Positions 19,999-28,663 of a stretch of 28,663 bases of DNA are shown piece after piece. The stretch's first letter is position 1; the number at the start of each line of letters is the position of its first letter. The notes beneath the pieces are model-generated. The model worked only from the letters and a program-made list of their open reading frames with translations. It ran no database searches and was not told the DNA's origin. The position numbers were made by a program, and so were the translations under genes. The stretch comes from an uncultured Nitrososphaeraceae archaeon (GTDB taxonomy: Archaea > Thermoproteota > Nitrososphaeria > Nitrososphaerales > Nitrososphaeraceae), in NCBI GenBank assembly GCA_963837175.1, contig CAWIMJ010000024.1, forward strand, positions 1 through 28,663, given 5' to 3'.

Positions 19999-20181
19999 AT
20001 GAACAGCAAACAAGCAGTAATAGCAACAAATCAAACAGTAAAACAAATGTTCAAAAGAGACCAGGATTTTGAGCGTATGTTGCTTACTTCTGATCTTGAT
20101 CTTGCCCCTGGTTATAACTATCTTGATCTAGATAAGGATTACAAAAAGAGAAGGAAGATTAGCAAGAAAAGTAACTGCTAG
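19999..20181 (+). CDS. Small basic hypothetical protein, divergent from the RHH gene
   Basis: 60-aa ATG ORF with an upstream TATA-like tract and a Lys/Arg-rich C-terminus. Confidence 0.45.
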   Translation: MNSKQAVIATNQTVKQMFKRDQDFERMLLTSDLDLAPGYNYLDLDKDYKKRRKISKKSNC

Positions 20182-20189
20182 TGTTGCAG

Positions 20190-20254
20190 CAGTGATGATA
20201 GTCAGGCATTTTTCCTAGTTGAGCTAAGATAATTTTATCTACTTTATCAAGCAT
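20190..20254 (-). pseudogene. Lrp/AsnC-type HTH N-terminal relic
   Basis: MLDKVDKIILAQLGK(N)A*LSS resembles the LDxxDxxILxxLxxNARxS pattern. Confidence 0.55.
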
Positions 20255-20666
20255 AATTTCTCTACAGATAACAAGATAATATCTATTTCCATATTGGACA
20301 TTATTGCTTTCTAATAATAATAATTTATATCTAAAACTTGTCCATATTGGACAAATTTTCAAAAAAACGTTTCCAGTATATGTATATATCATTTATTATA
20401 TAATATACTTATGAATAAACCCTCAAAAATACATGACAAAATACAAAAAGGTAAAAATAAATGGCCTTTGCCACAATTTAATAAATGAGAAAAGAATTAA
20501 CATTAGTCTATTATGATGCTAACCATTATTTCCAAAATCGGCCAATATTATAAAAATGTCCCATCTATGTAATCTAACGGGTTGTTAGACTTATTCTTCC
20601 AGAAGATTATTATATACCATCTTATCTAGTTATTGTACTATAATGACACTTCATAATACGACACTT

Positions 20667-20706
20667 GGAGCTACTGGAGTGACTCCGGCGCTACTCCGGA
20701 GCAACC
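20667..20706. repeat. GC-rich imperfect ~11-bp tandem repeats (GGAGCTACT/GGAGTGACTCC/GGCGCTACTCC/GGAGCAACC)
   Basis: Read directly. The units are quasi-palindromic and lie immediately upstream of the Zn-finger gene. Confidence 0.65.
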
Positions 20707-20710
20707 AACA

Positions 20711-21730
20711 TTGGAGAGGCGTGAAGCGATGACAAAAAAATGGAACTGTCCTATCTGTGAAATGTCCTCAAACAGGCATTGGAACGTAGAACGTCACATT
20801 CAGAGGCGACATGGAGGAACAGGTGAACCTGTTAGGTATGATGCAACCCAATACTATAAAGATATAAATCCACAGAATTTTCGTTCTCCTTTCGATTACT
20901 CGGATCATAGATCCCTATTCCTTGTAAGCCCTAAAGAGAAACCACACAAAAACTTTTCCGATCTTATTGAAGACAATATTCTACAGCCACTTCGCAAAGT
21001 GGTAGAATACAAGAATCTGCTTAGTCAACTTTCCACTACGCAACCACAACAACAAAGGATGATACCAAGAGGCGGTAGTGTCTATACTAGTATCCCATCT
21101 ATAACTTTAGACAGCGATGAATCTAACAATAACTTATCTGAACATCCTAGATTTGATGATGATGATGATGTTTATTCAGAGATGGTCGGATTTAGAGGTC
21201 ATGTTTGTGAAAAGTGTTCAATTATTAATATAGATACGATATTTCGCCATGAAGATGAACAAAGTGGAAAAATTGAAACGACACATACATGTAATTCCAA
21301 AAGATTATCTGATATTCAACTAAATCCTGGTAAAGATAAGATAATCAATAATCAACAGGAGAAATTGCTTAAAACTATGAATGAAAAAGTGAAATCATGG
21401 ACCAAAAACTCTCCTTATTTGGTAGCGTTTGAAATGCCACCCAATGCTGCTGAAAACATTAGTTTGGAGATAGCCCCGACCGATGAAAGCCATTGGGCTG
21501 TGCGAGCATTGAAAGATAAACAAACAATTCTCAATGATAAAGAGCTTTCAGATTTCTTGTGCAAAGCAAGAAATGCTACCTATGCTTCTTTTAACGTCAT
21601 TTCACCTACTTCGCAGCAGCAACAACAACAAAAATCCTCAACCCGCCGTTATTTGATGATAATTACTGATAATAAAATCAATCTTTCATTTGACCTCTTA
21701 TTACAATACATAGCAGATCTTTCACGATAA
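20711..21730 (+). CDS. Hypothetical protein with N-terminal C2H2 zinc finger and a second CxxC..HxC site
   Basis: WNCPICEMSSNRHWNVERHIQRRH and GHVCEKC...THTC. Likely start is ATG 20729. Confidence 0.75.
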   Translation: MERREAMTKKWNCPICEMSSNRHWNVERHIQRRHGGTGEPVRYDATQYYKDINPQNFRSPFDYSDHRSLFLVSPKEKPHKNFSDLIEDNILQPLRKVVEYKNLLSQLSTTQPQQQRMIPRGGSVYTSIPSITLDSDESNNNLSEHPRFDDDDDVYSEMVGFRGHVCEKCSIINIDTIFRHEDEQSGKIETTHTCNSKRLSDIQLNPGKDKIINNQQEKLLKTMNEKVKSWTKNSPYLVAFEMPPNAAENISLEIAPTDESHWAVRALKDKQTILNDKELSDFLCKARNATYASFNVISPTSQQQQQQKSSTRRYLMIITDNKINLSFDLLLQYIADLSR

Positions 21731-22094
21731 TGTACTATACAATCATAAAGATTAATAATCTAATATTAAAACTCGCATTAAACTTATTCAATAAATCTAG
21801 AATAGCTAAGCAAGTTCTGGTGAACAGAAAAGAGGACTGGTTAGAGTATTATCATTAACAAGATCGAGAAGGAAGAATTATGAAAACTGAACGGAACAAA
21901 GCTGAGAATCTTAATCTCTAAACTCTCAAAAGAGAATTGGAGAAATGCATAAATTCTAATGTAGTATGAAATAGGAAAGGAAATAATAATAATATCAGTC
22001 ATGTGATGCGCATAATATTATTATTTTTATTATTATTTTGAATACAATTTTGTTAAATATTTTTCTATCAAAGATCTAAATAATAGCCTAGTGT

Positions 22095-22813
22095 GCTCTG
22101 TTCACTTAACGATTTGTAATTACTTTGTTATGATAACCTATGAATAGATTTAACCAATTCCACATATGTAATAATTTACAATTCTTCTTTCTGCAAGGGA
22201 AATAGTCATTATCAAAGCATTCGATTCTATCTTTTTTATGTACTGCATTGTTCTTTCTATATGATGACTTTCTCATAAGAGTAATAGATATGATGATGAG
22301 ACAATCTCAAGAAGAACCTACAAGCCTGTGGATAGATACCAAGTACCTCCTCCATCTGTGGAAACTAGATGTTGTTGACTATCATGAATCCCAACTAAGC
22401 TTGAAATAAATCGTTCAGTTAAGAGCATATATTTCTCTCTTTAGATATACTAATTCTATGGATTTCCTTACTCTCAAGTTCAATAGCAGCAACCTAAAGC
22501 CATATCAATTCTGAACCAATTTTTATTAATGTTTCATCTATGATGATGATTTCCTCGATTTTCTTTTTCCTTCCTTTCAAATATCTTTTTGGGTTTATAG
22601 TTTTGTATCCAATTCCAGATTGATTGATACATGATTTCTCTCTTTATAAAACAAGACGATAACCTTTCGGATGTCTTTCTTAATGAAAGACCTGAAAAAT
22701 AAAAATATAGACCATGGCCAATATATTCTGAAGATGTTCTGTTTCTTGTATTCGTAAAAAGAAGAGATAGGACACATCTTCAAACTATAGATTTATCGGT
22801 AAGTGAATAGAGC
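22095..22813 (-). mobile_element. Degenerate IS6-family element with terminal IRs
   Basis: IRs GCTCTGTTCACTTA (22095) and TAAGTGAATAGAGC (22800), 13/14 match. Broken frames give RNRTSSEYIGHGLYFYFSGLSLRKTSERL..RNHVSI-WNWIQ..IIIDETLIKIG..KERN..STDGG..IERTMQYIK-DRIECFD..YFPC. Confidence 0.85.
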
Positions 22814-22919
22814 CATAGAAGTTGTCATAAGATATAAATACTATTTCTAGTACATATGACGAAATGGCAGAATCTAGGTATTATTGCTATAATAAACTTG
22901 TTATGGTAATAGGAGTGAA

Positions 22920-23591
22920 ATGCTAATGGTAAAGACAACTTCTCTTGTATTATTTTCATTTTTGGCTATAACATTACTCTTATCTACAGTATTTGCAAGA
23001 ATAGGTATAGCTAACGCTCAGGAGAGTACTTCAAACCAACAAATTCAGACTAGAACTGCTCCTCCATCACAATTTGATGGTATACAGGGAAACACATTTA
23101 GTCAAAGTAGTATATGCACAAATAATGCATGTCATGCTACAACTTGTATAGACAATCAATGCCAGACTACAGATAATAATGGTGGTGCTAGCAGTAGTAC
23201 TTCAAACCAACAAATTCAGACTAGAACTGCTCCTCCATCACAATTTGATGGTATACAGGGAAACACATTTAGTCAAAGTAGTATATGCACAAATAATGCA
23301 TGTCATGCTACAACTTGTATAGACAATCAATGCCAGACTACAGATAATAATGGTGGTGCTAGCAGTAGTACTTCAAACCAACAAATTCAGACTAGAACTG
23401 CTCCTCCATCACAATTTGATGGTATACAGGGAAACACATTTAGTCAAAGTAGTATATGCACAAATAATGCATGTCATGCTACAACTTGTATAGACAATCA
23501 ATGCCAGACTACAGATAATAATGGTGGTGCTAGCAGTAGTACTTCAAACCAACAAATTCAGACTAGAACTGCTCCTCCTCAACAACAGTAA
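22920..23591 (+). CDS. Secreted protein made of 57-aa Cys-containing repeats
   Basis: Signal peptide ending ..IANA-Q, followed by three identical repeats with C-x4-C-x4-C-x4-C. Confidence 0.85.
   Translation: MLMVKTTSLVLFSFLAITLLLSTVFARIGIANAQESTSNQQIQTRTAPPSQFDGIQGNTFSQSSICTNNACHATTCIDNQCQTTDNNGGASSSTSNQQIQTRTAPPSQFDGIQGNTFSQSSICTNNACHATTCIDNQCQTTDNNGGASSSTSNQQIQTRTAPPSQFDGIQGNTFSQSSICTNNACHATTCIDNQCQTTDNNGGASSSTSNQQIQTRTAPPQQQ
23025..23578 (+). repeat. Perfect 171-bp tandem repeat, 3 copies + 41 bp
   Basis: Units start at 23025, 23196, 23367 and 23538. Confidence 0.95.
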
Positions 23592-23959
23592 GGATAAGAA
23601 CAATTTCAAATCCCATAATTATATAAATCTGAGAGTATACAATCATCACAAGAATATATTTTGTAATACCACTAGGCGAAATAACAAATACTACTACTGA
23701 TATTATCTCTAAAGACAAGATATATCATAGCTGTATATTGTTAATTAGAAAGCATTCAAGATAGTTAAAATATAGATTATTATCAGATAAAGAAGAATAT
23801 TTACAGAAGATCTAATATTGTTAAATTTGGCTGTATTAGATAAATTATAATCTCTAATTTCTTAGCCTATATGGAAAACGTTACTATCTCGTAGCATTCT
23901 TAAATCCAAAATTAATTAATTCTGCATAACAATTTAACCATAGTTAACTCTTAGGGTTG

Positions 23960-24413
23960 TTATGATGATGATGTATTATAGTAAACCAAGATGGAGCACT
24001 CTTAGATGTTCAGCCATACACCACTGAAATCCTGCCAGAAGTTAACATAAAAAGAATATAATTTAGAGATGTAAGAGTCATTTTGAATAATGAAGCTCAG
24101 GAGGAGACCTATGAATTAAAAGAACAACATCATCATCACCATCAGCACTGATATTTGATCAATGTATAGAAAATCCAAGTTTACCTGAATGTACATTATC
24201 TGAGCCAACATTCCCATCTGAAAACTTACTATACGTAGTGTAGATGGTACTGGAGAAGGAGATGATAGCGACGATAGCGGCAGCAGTGGAGATGGAGGAG
24301 ATAGCAAAACTGACAATTGGATTAGTGGAGACGCAGGAGAATAAGCACCGCCATCAACAACAGATGGTAATAGTGGAGATACCGGCGATGGAGATGGAGT
24401 TGGTGGCGGATGA
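23960..24413 (+). pseudogene. Degraded gene with Gly/Asp/Ser-rich tail (probable surface protein relic)
   Basis: Broken frames read DVIIVNQDGALLDVQPYTTEILPE..FRDVRVILNNEAQEETYEL..DQCIENPSLPEC..DGTGEGDDSDDSGSSGDGGD..*..GDTGDGDGVGGG*. Confidence 0.5.
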
Positions 24414-24895
24414 GAAAGATAACATAATTTCTGGCCGCACCATTAGAACGGTATTTACTAACAAGCAATAAAGAAAGAATCTAATCACATTATATGTCTA
24501 CACAAAATAAAGTATTATTCATAGGATTAGGCATATTAGCACTTGGGATTGTAGTACTCGCCATAGGCCTTCTACAATCACCTGCGTTCTGGGATATATT
24601 ATAATAGTCTAAAAAGTGAATCTAGAATGATAGTAACTATAATAAAAAATAATAAGATAGTAAAAAGAAATGTCGATGTTCAATATACTAGTATGATGTA
24701 AATCATTATCATTATATCATACATTTCAATAACAAACAATAGACAATTCAGAAATATTTAATTCTTGTTCTGACTGGTGTTTATGAATAATTTTTCTTTA
24801 TCCTATTAATTATTGAACTTTTAAATACATAACATGACATGATTAAATCTGAATCAATATCTATAGATAACCTAGAAAGTGATTATAAGTTGCTT

Positions 24896-25327
24896 TTATT
24901 CAAATGTCACAAGAATCTCACCTGTCTTTACAGATTGTCCTTTGGAAGCTCTGATTTTCTTTATCGTTCCACTAGTAGGGGACTTTATCTGGATCTCCAT
25001 TTTCATTGCCTCGAGAACTATTAGGACTTGGCCTTCTTTGACTTTGATTCCCTCCTCTGCAAAAACATCTATTATCTTGCCGCTTATAGGTGCCCTTACT
25101 TCCTTGAGTGATGTATGTGTTAATGATCTTTTTGAGACCAAATATGTCATGCCGTCTATTATCATTAGCGAAGATTCGCCTTCTTCTAGGTAATCTAAAT
25201 GAAAGATCTTTCCTTCTATTGTAATTTTATCCTGGTTTGATTTTATTATTAGTTCTTTATCATTTACCTTTGCCTTTTCTCCAATGATTTCTACATCGTA
25301 TATACTTCCATTAACTTCGATTTTCAT
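24896..25327 (-). CDS. accB: Biotin carboxyl carrier protein of acyl-CoA carboxylase
   Basis: EAMKME biotinylation motif and APISGKI. ATG 25327 overlaps the accC stop (ATGA). Confidence 0.92.
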   Translation of the reverse strand: MKIEVNGSIYDVEIIGEKAKVNDKELIIKSNQDKITIEGKIFHLDYLEEGESSLMIIDGMTYLVSKRSLTHTSLKEVRAPISGKIIDVFAEEGIKVKEGQVLIVLEAMKMEIQIKSPTSGTIKKIRASKGQSVKTGEILVTFE

Positions 25328-26809
25328 TGACTCCACCTAGATGAGATATATTGGATATCGAAGCTATCAATCCAATCGAATCTGCTACTCATCCATGGAT
25401 CCTCCTCTTTGATCCTAATGAATTCAATCCTCTTTGGAAGGAGAGATAAAATTGCTGCAGCTATCTCTCCATCTTTTGACGAAAAAGGTCTTATTTCATT
25501 AACAAACGACGTGTCGTAGATTCCATCAACGAATCTCCTATCATTTAATGATGATATATGGAAAGGTATAGTTGATGGAATGCCTGAAATCCTGAATGAC
25601 ATAAGAGAGTGCTTCATCTTCTCTATAGTTTCGTTCCTATCTTTTCCAAAGCATATCAGTTTAGCTATAAGGGAATCGTAGAAAATGGGTATAGAGTATC
25701 CAGAATATAAGGCAGTATCTACTCGGATACCATCTCCTTCTGGTGCAATGAATTTTTTGACAATACCTTGAAAGGGAATGAAGCTAATAGGGTGTTCGGC
25801 ATTAATTCGGCATTCTATTGCATGTCCCCTTGATTTTATATCTCGCTCGCTTTATGGATAATCCATTGCCTAAAGCTACATGAATCTGTTGTTCTACTAT
25901 ATCCACTCCTGTAACCATCTCTGTTATTGGATGCTCTACCTGTATCCTCGCATTGACTTCCATGAAATAGAATTTCCCGTCTTTGAATAGGAATTCTACC
26001 GTACCAGCATTCTCATATCCTATTTCTTTCATTATCGCTATGGCCGTTTCGATAATTTTACTCCTCATTTCTTTTGTCAGTGCAGGAGAAGGTGTCTCCT
26101 CGATGAGCTTCTGATGGCGTCGCTGAATAGAACATTCCCTTTCTCCCAAGTGTATTACGTTAGATTTGTCTGCGAGAATCTGTACTTCAATGTGCCTAGG
26201 ATTTTCTAAATATCGTTCAATATATAACCTATCTGAACCAAAGCTTATCATTGCCTCACTCTGTGAAGAGATAAAGGCTTTCTTGAACTCCTCTGAAGAC
26301 TTTACTATCCTAAGACCTCTTCCACCACCTCCTTCTACAGCCTTCAGGATTACAGGATAACCTATCCTTTCAGCTTGTTTTATAGCATCACTTTCTTGTG
26401 AGACCTCGTACCCATCAACTACTGGCGCAACTTTTGAAGCCACTTTTCTTGCCCTAACCTTGTCACCTGAAATATGTAAGGCCTCGCAAGGTGGACCTAT
26501 AAAAACGAGTCCCTCATCTTTGCAGAGATTGGCAAACTTGGGATTCTCCGAAAGGAATCCATAGCCAGGGTGTATAGAATCGCAGTCCAGTTTTTTTGCA
26601 GCATTGATGATTTTATCAGTCCTAAGATAACTCTCTGATGGAATAGAGCCACCTATGTTTAGTGCTTGCTCACAGCATTTTATATGAAGAGAATCCTTGT
26701 CTGCGTCAGAATAAATACAATATGGCTTTACATCCAGTTTCCTGCAGGTCCTTGCAACTCTTATTGCGATTTCTCCCCTGTTTGCTATAAGGACCTTCTT
26801 AGACATCAT
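25324..26809 (-). CDS. accC: Biotin carboxylase subunit, frameshift at ~25847
   Basis: KVLIANRGEIA, HPGYGFLSEN, GGGGRG, ERECSIQRRHQK and EVNARIQVEHP. After the shift it reads GHAIECRINAE..GIRVD..YDSLIAKLI through to 25324. Confidence 0.93.
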
Positions 26810-27159
26810 GGAGAGAACATAGAAAAGGCTTAAAACTTTTAGCTCAGCGGGATGTGCTTAGGGAAAAGATTGGTATTAGGAACGAGCAAAATCATAAAGA
26901 ATGGAAAGAGGAAAAACACTAGCAAGCATCCAATGATTTATCAAAAGAGGCCAAGCAGCTATTCAGGATATTCTTCGGCTAAATGACATCAGGGTAATCT
27001 TAAGCATCTCTATTGCATAGCCTTCCAAGAAAAGAAAAAACTTCTGCTTTTCATTTTTAGTGGGCTATTCATTGAATGCTATAAACTTAAAATTCTTTTA
27101 AATCATCTTCATTATTTTTTAGCTGCTTTTTTTTATTGTTATTATAAAATATCCAAAAA

Positions 27160-28663
27160 CTAAACAGGTATATTGCCATGCTTCCTTCTGGGTCTCTCCT
27201 CTCTTTTCCTGCAAATGGAGCTGAAGTGCAGAGATCAACCTTTCTCTAGTCTCTTTTGGTTCAATAATATCGTCTATGTAGCCTTTTGAAACTGCAATAT
27301 AAGGATTAGCGAATTTCTTCTTGTAGCTCTCTACTAGTTCAGCTCTCTTCTTTTCTTGGTTCTTTGACTCTAATATTTCATGTTTGAATATTATGTTGCA
27401 TGCTCCCTCCGGACCCATAACAGCGATTTCAGCGCTAGGCCACGCGAAGTTGCAGTCTGCTCTTATGTGCTTGCTGTTCATTACATCATAAGCTCCTCCA
27501 TATGCTTTTCTTACTATAACTGTAAGCTTCGGTACAGTAGCTTCTGAGAATGCGTAGAGGAGCTTTGCTCCATGTCTTATTATTCCACCCCATTCCTGAT
27601 TTGTTCCAGGAAGAAAACCTGGTACATCAACTAAAGCAATAAGCGGAATATTGAAGCAGTCGCAGAATCTGACGAAACGAGTCGCCTTATCGCAGCAATC
27701 TATATCTAAAACACCTGCCAGAATTTCTGGGTTGTTTGCTACAATACCCACAGAGTTGCCATTGAGCCTTGCGAATCCTACTATTATATTCCTTGCCCAG
27801 TACTTCTGAACTTCAAGGAAATCGCCGTTATCTATGATTTTCCTAATTAGCATTTCCATATCATAAGATCGGTTCGGATTGGGTGGGAGAATTGAATTTA
27901 GTTCTTCATCATGCCGCTTAGGATCATCCTGTGGAGCTATTCTAGGAGGATTCTCAAGGTTGTTGGAAGGAATGAATGAAAGAAGTTTCCTGAGGATCCT
28001 GAAGCATTCCTGTTCATCCTCCACAAGGAAATGCGCAACTCCGCTCTTTTCGTTATGGACCTGAGCTCCTCCTAACTCATCGAAGCTTACCTTCTCCTTT
28101 GTAACTTCTCTTACCACCTCTGGACCTGTGATGAACATATATGCAGATTTGGTCATGATTATAAAGTCTGTTATTGCTGGTGAATAAACAGCTCCTCCGG
28201 CACAGGGACCCATTATAAGGGATATCTGAGGGACAACTCCGGAGGCTTTTACGTTCCTATAAAAAATCTCTGCGTAGCCGGCGAGACTGTCAACTCCTTC
28301 CTGAATACGAGCTCCTCCAGACTCATTTATCCCTATTATAGGACATCCTTGTTTCAATGCAAGATCCATTATCTTGCATACTTTGGAAGCGAATGCCAAT
28401 CCTAGAGATCCTCCTAAGACTGTGAAGTCATGTGAGAAAGCATAAGTCGGTCGGCTGTCAATAGTTCCATATCCTGTAACAACTCCGTCTCCAAGAATCC
28501 TTTTATTTTCCATCCCAAAGTCAAAGCAGTTATGTGTAACGAATGCATCGAGCTCTACAAATGTTCCTGAATCAAACAATATGTTCATCCTTTCGAACGC
28601 TGTCAGCTTTCCTTTCTTTCTGTGCTCTTCCTGCTTCTGCTCCCCACCTCCTAAAAAATGATC
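27160..28663 (-). CDS. pccB: Acyl-CoA carboxylase carboxyltransferase (PccB-like), 5'-partial, frameshift near 3' end
   Basis: GKLTAFERM, DFTVLGGS, SGGARIQEG, GPCAGGAVYSPA, DVPGFLPG and KAYGGAYDVMNSKH. The true C-terminus RPRRKHGNIPV* (stop 27160-27162) is in a shifted frame. Confidence 0.9.

Noticed and set aside
23025-23578. CRISPR array
   Set aside because: The units are 171-bp, fully identical and in-frame coding repeats, with no unique spacers or cas genes.
24701-24720. Fur-box-like AATCATTATCATTAT
   Set aside because: ATC/ATT microsatellite-like sequence is common throughout this AT-rich window, and this copy is not at a clear promoter.
27119-27159. Extended C-terminus of the carboxyltransferase in the ORF track
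   Set aside because: It is an artefact of a frameshift. The conserved RKHGNIP end lies in another frame and stops at 27160.
2397-28064. Other overlapping ORFs (e.g. 2850-3224, 4890-5342, 10746-11030, 12966-13388, 16373-16690, 24879-25193, 26166-26360, 27879-28064)
   Set aside because: They are alternate-frame or antisense shadows of well-supported genes.

Overview
This is an AT-rich archaeal window. Its gene families (RHH and DUF6659-like proteins, CHRD, non-canonical P-II, C2H2-finger hypothetical, ISH1/IS6-type elements) point to a soil Nitrososphaeraceae ammonia-oxidiser; the taxon is inferred. About 1-14 kb is a stress-type island: 2 CBS, 2 USP, Zn-ADH, VIT1, an APC permease, a split COG2187/AAA_33 pair, CHRD and an MgtA-like P-type ATPase. 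Its make-up resembles bacterial DosR/FixK hypoxia regulons, and several genes share a GCACTGCA box 42-48 bp upstream of the start codon. About 14-24.5 kb is a decaying accessory region with an ISH1-group IS5 interrupting a small gene, an IS6 relic, nnrD, intact and decayed P-II genes, a tiny RHH gene, a Zn-finger protein and a secreted protein with perfect 57-aa Cys repeats. About 24.9-28.7 kb is a biotin-dependent acyl-CoA carboxylase cluster whose carboxyltransferase looks like bacterial PccB rather than the canonical thaumarchaeal enzyme. A 64-bp near-identical copy of part of that gene sits inverted about 14 kb away. Many genes carry single indels clustered at GCAGC and GTAC sites, which suggests long-read or methylation-related assembly errors rather than true pseudogenes. 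No tRNA, rRNA or CRISPR array was seen.
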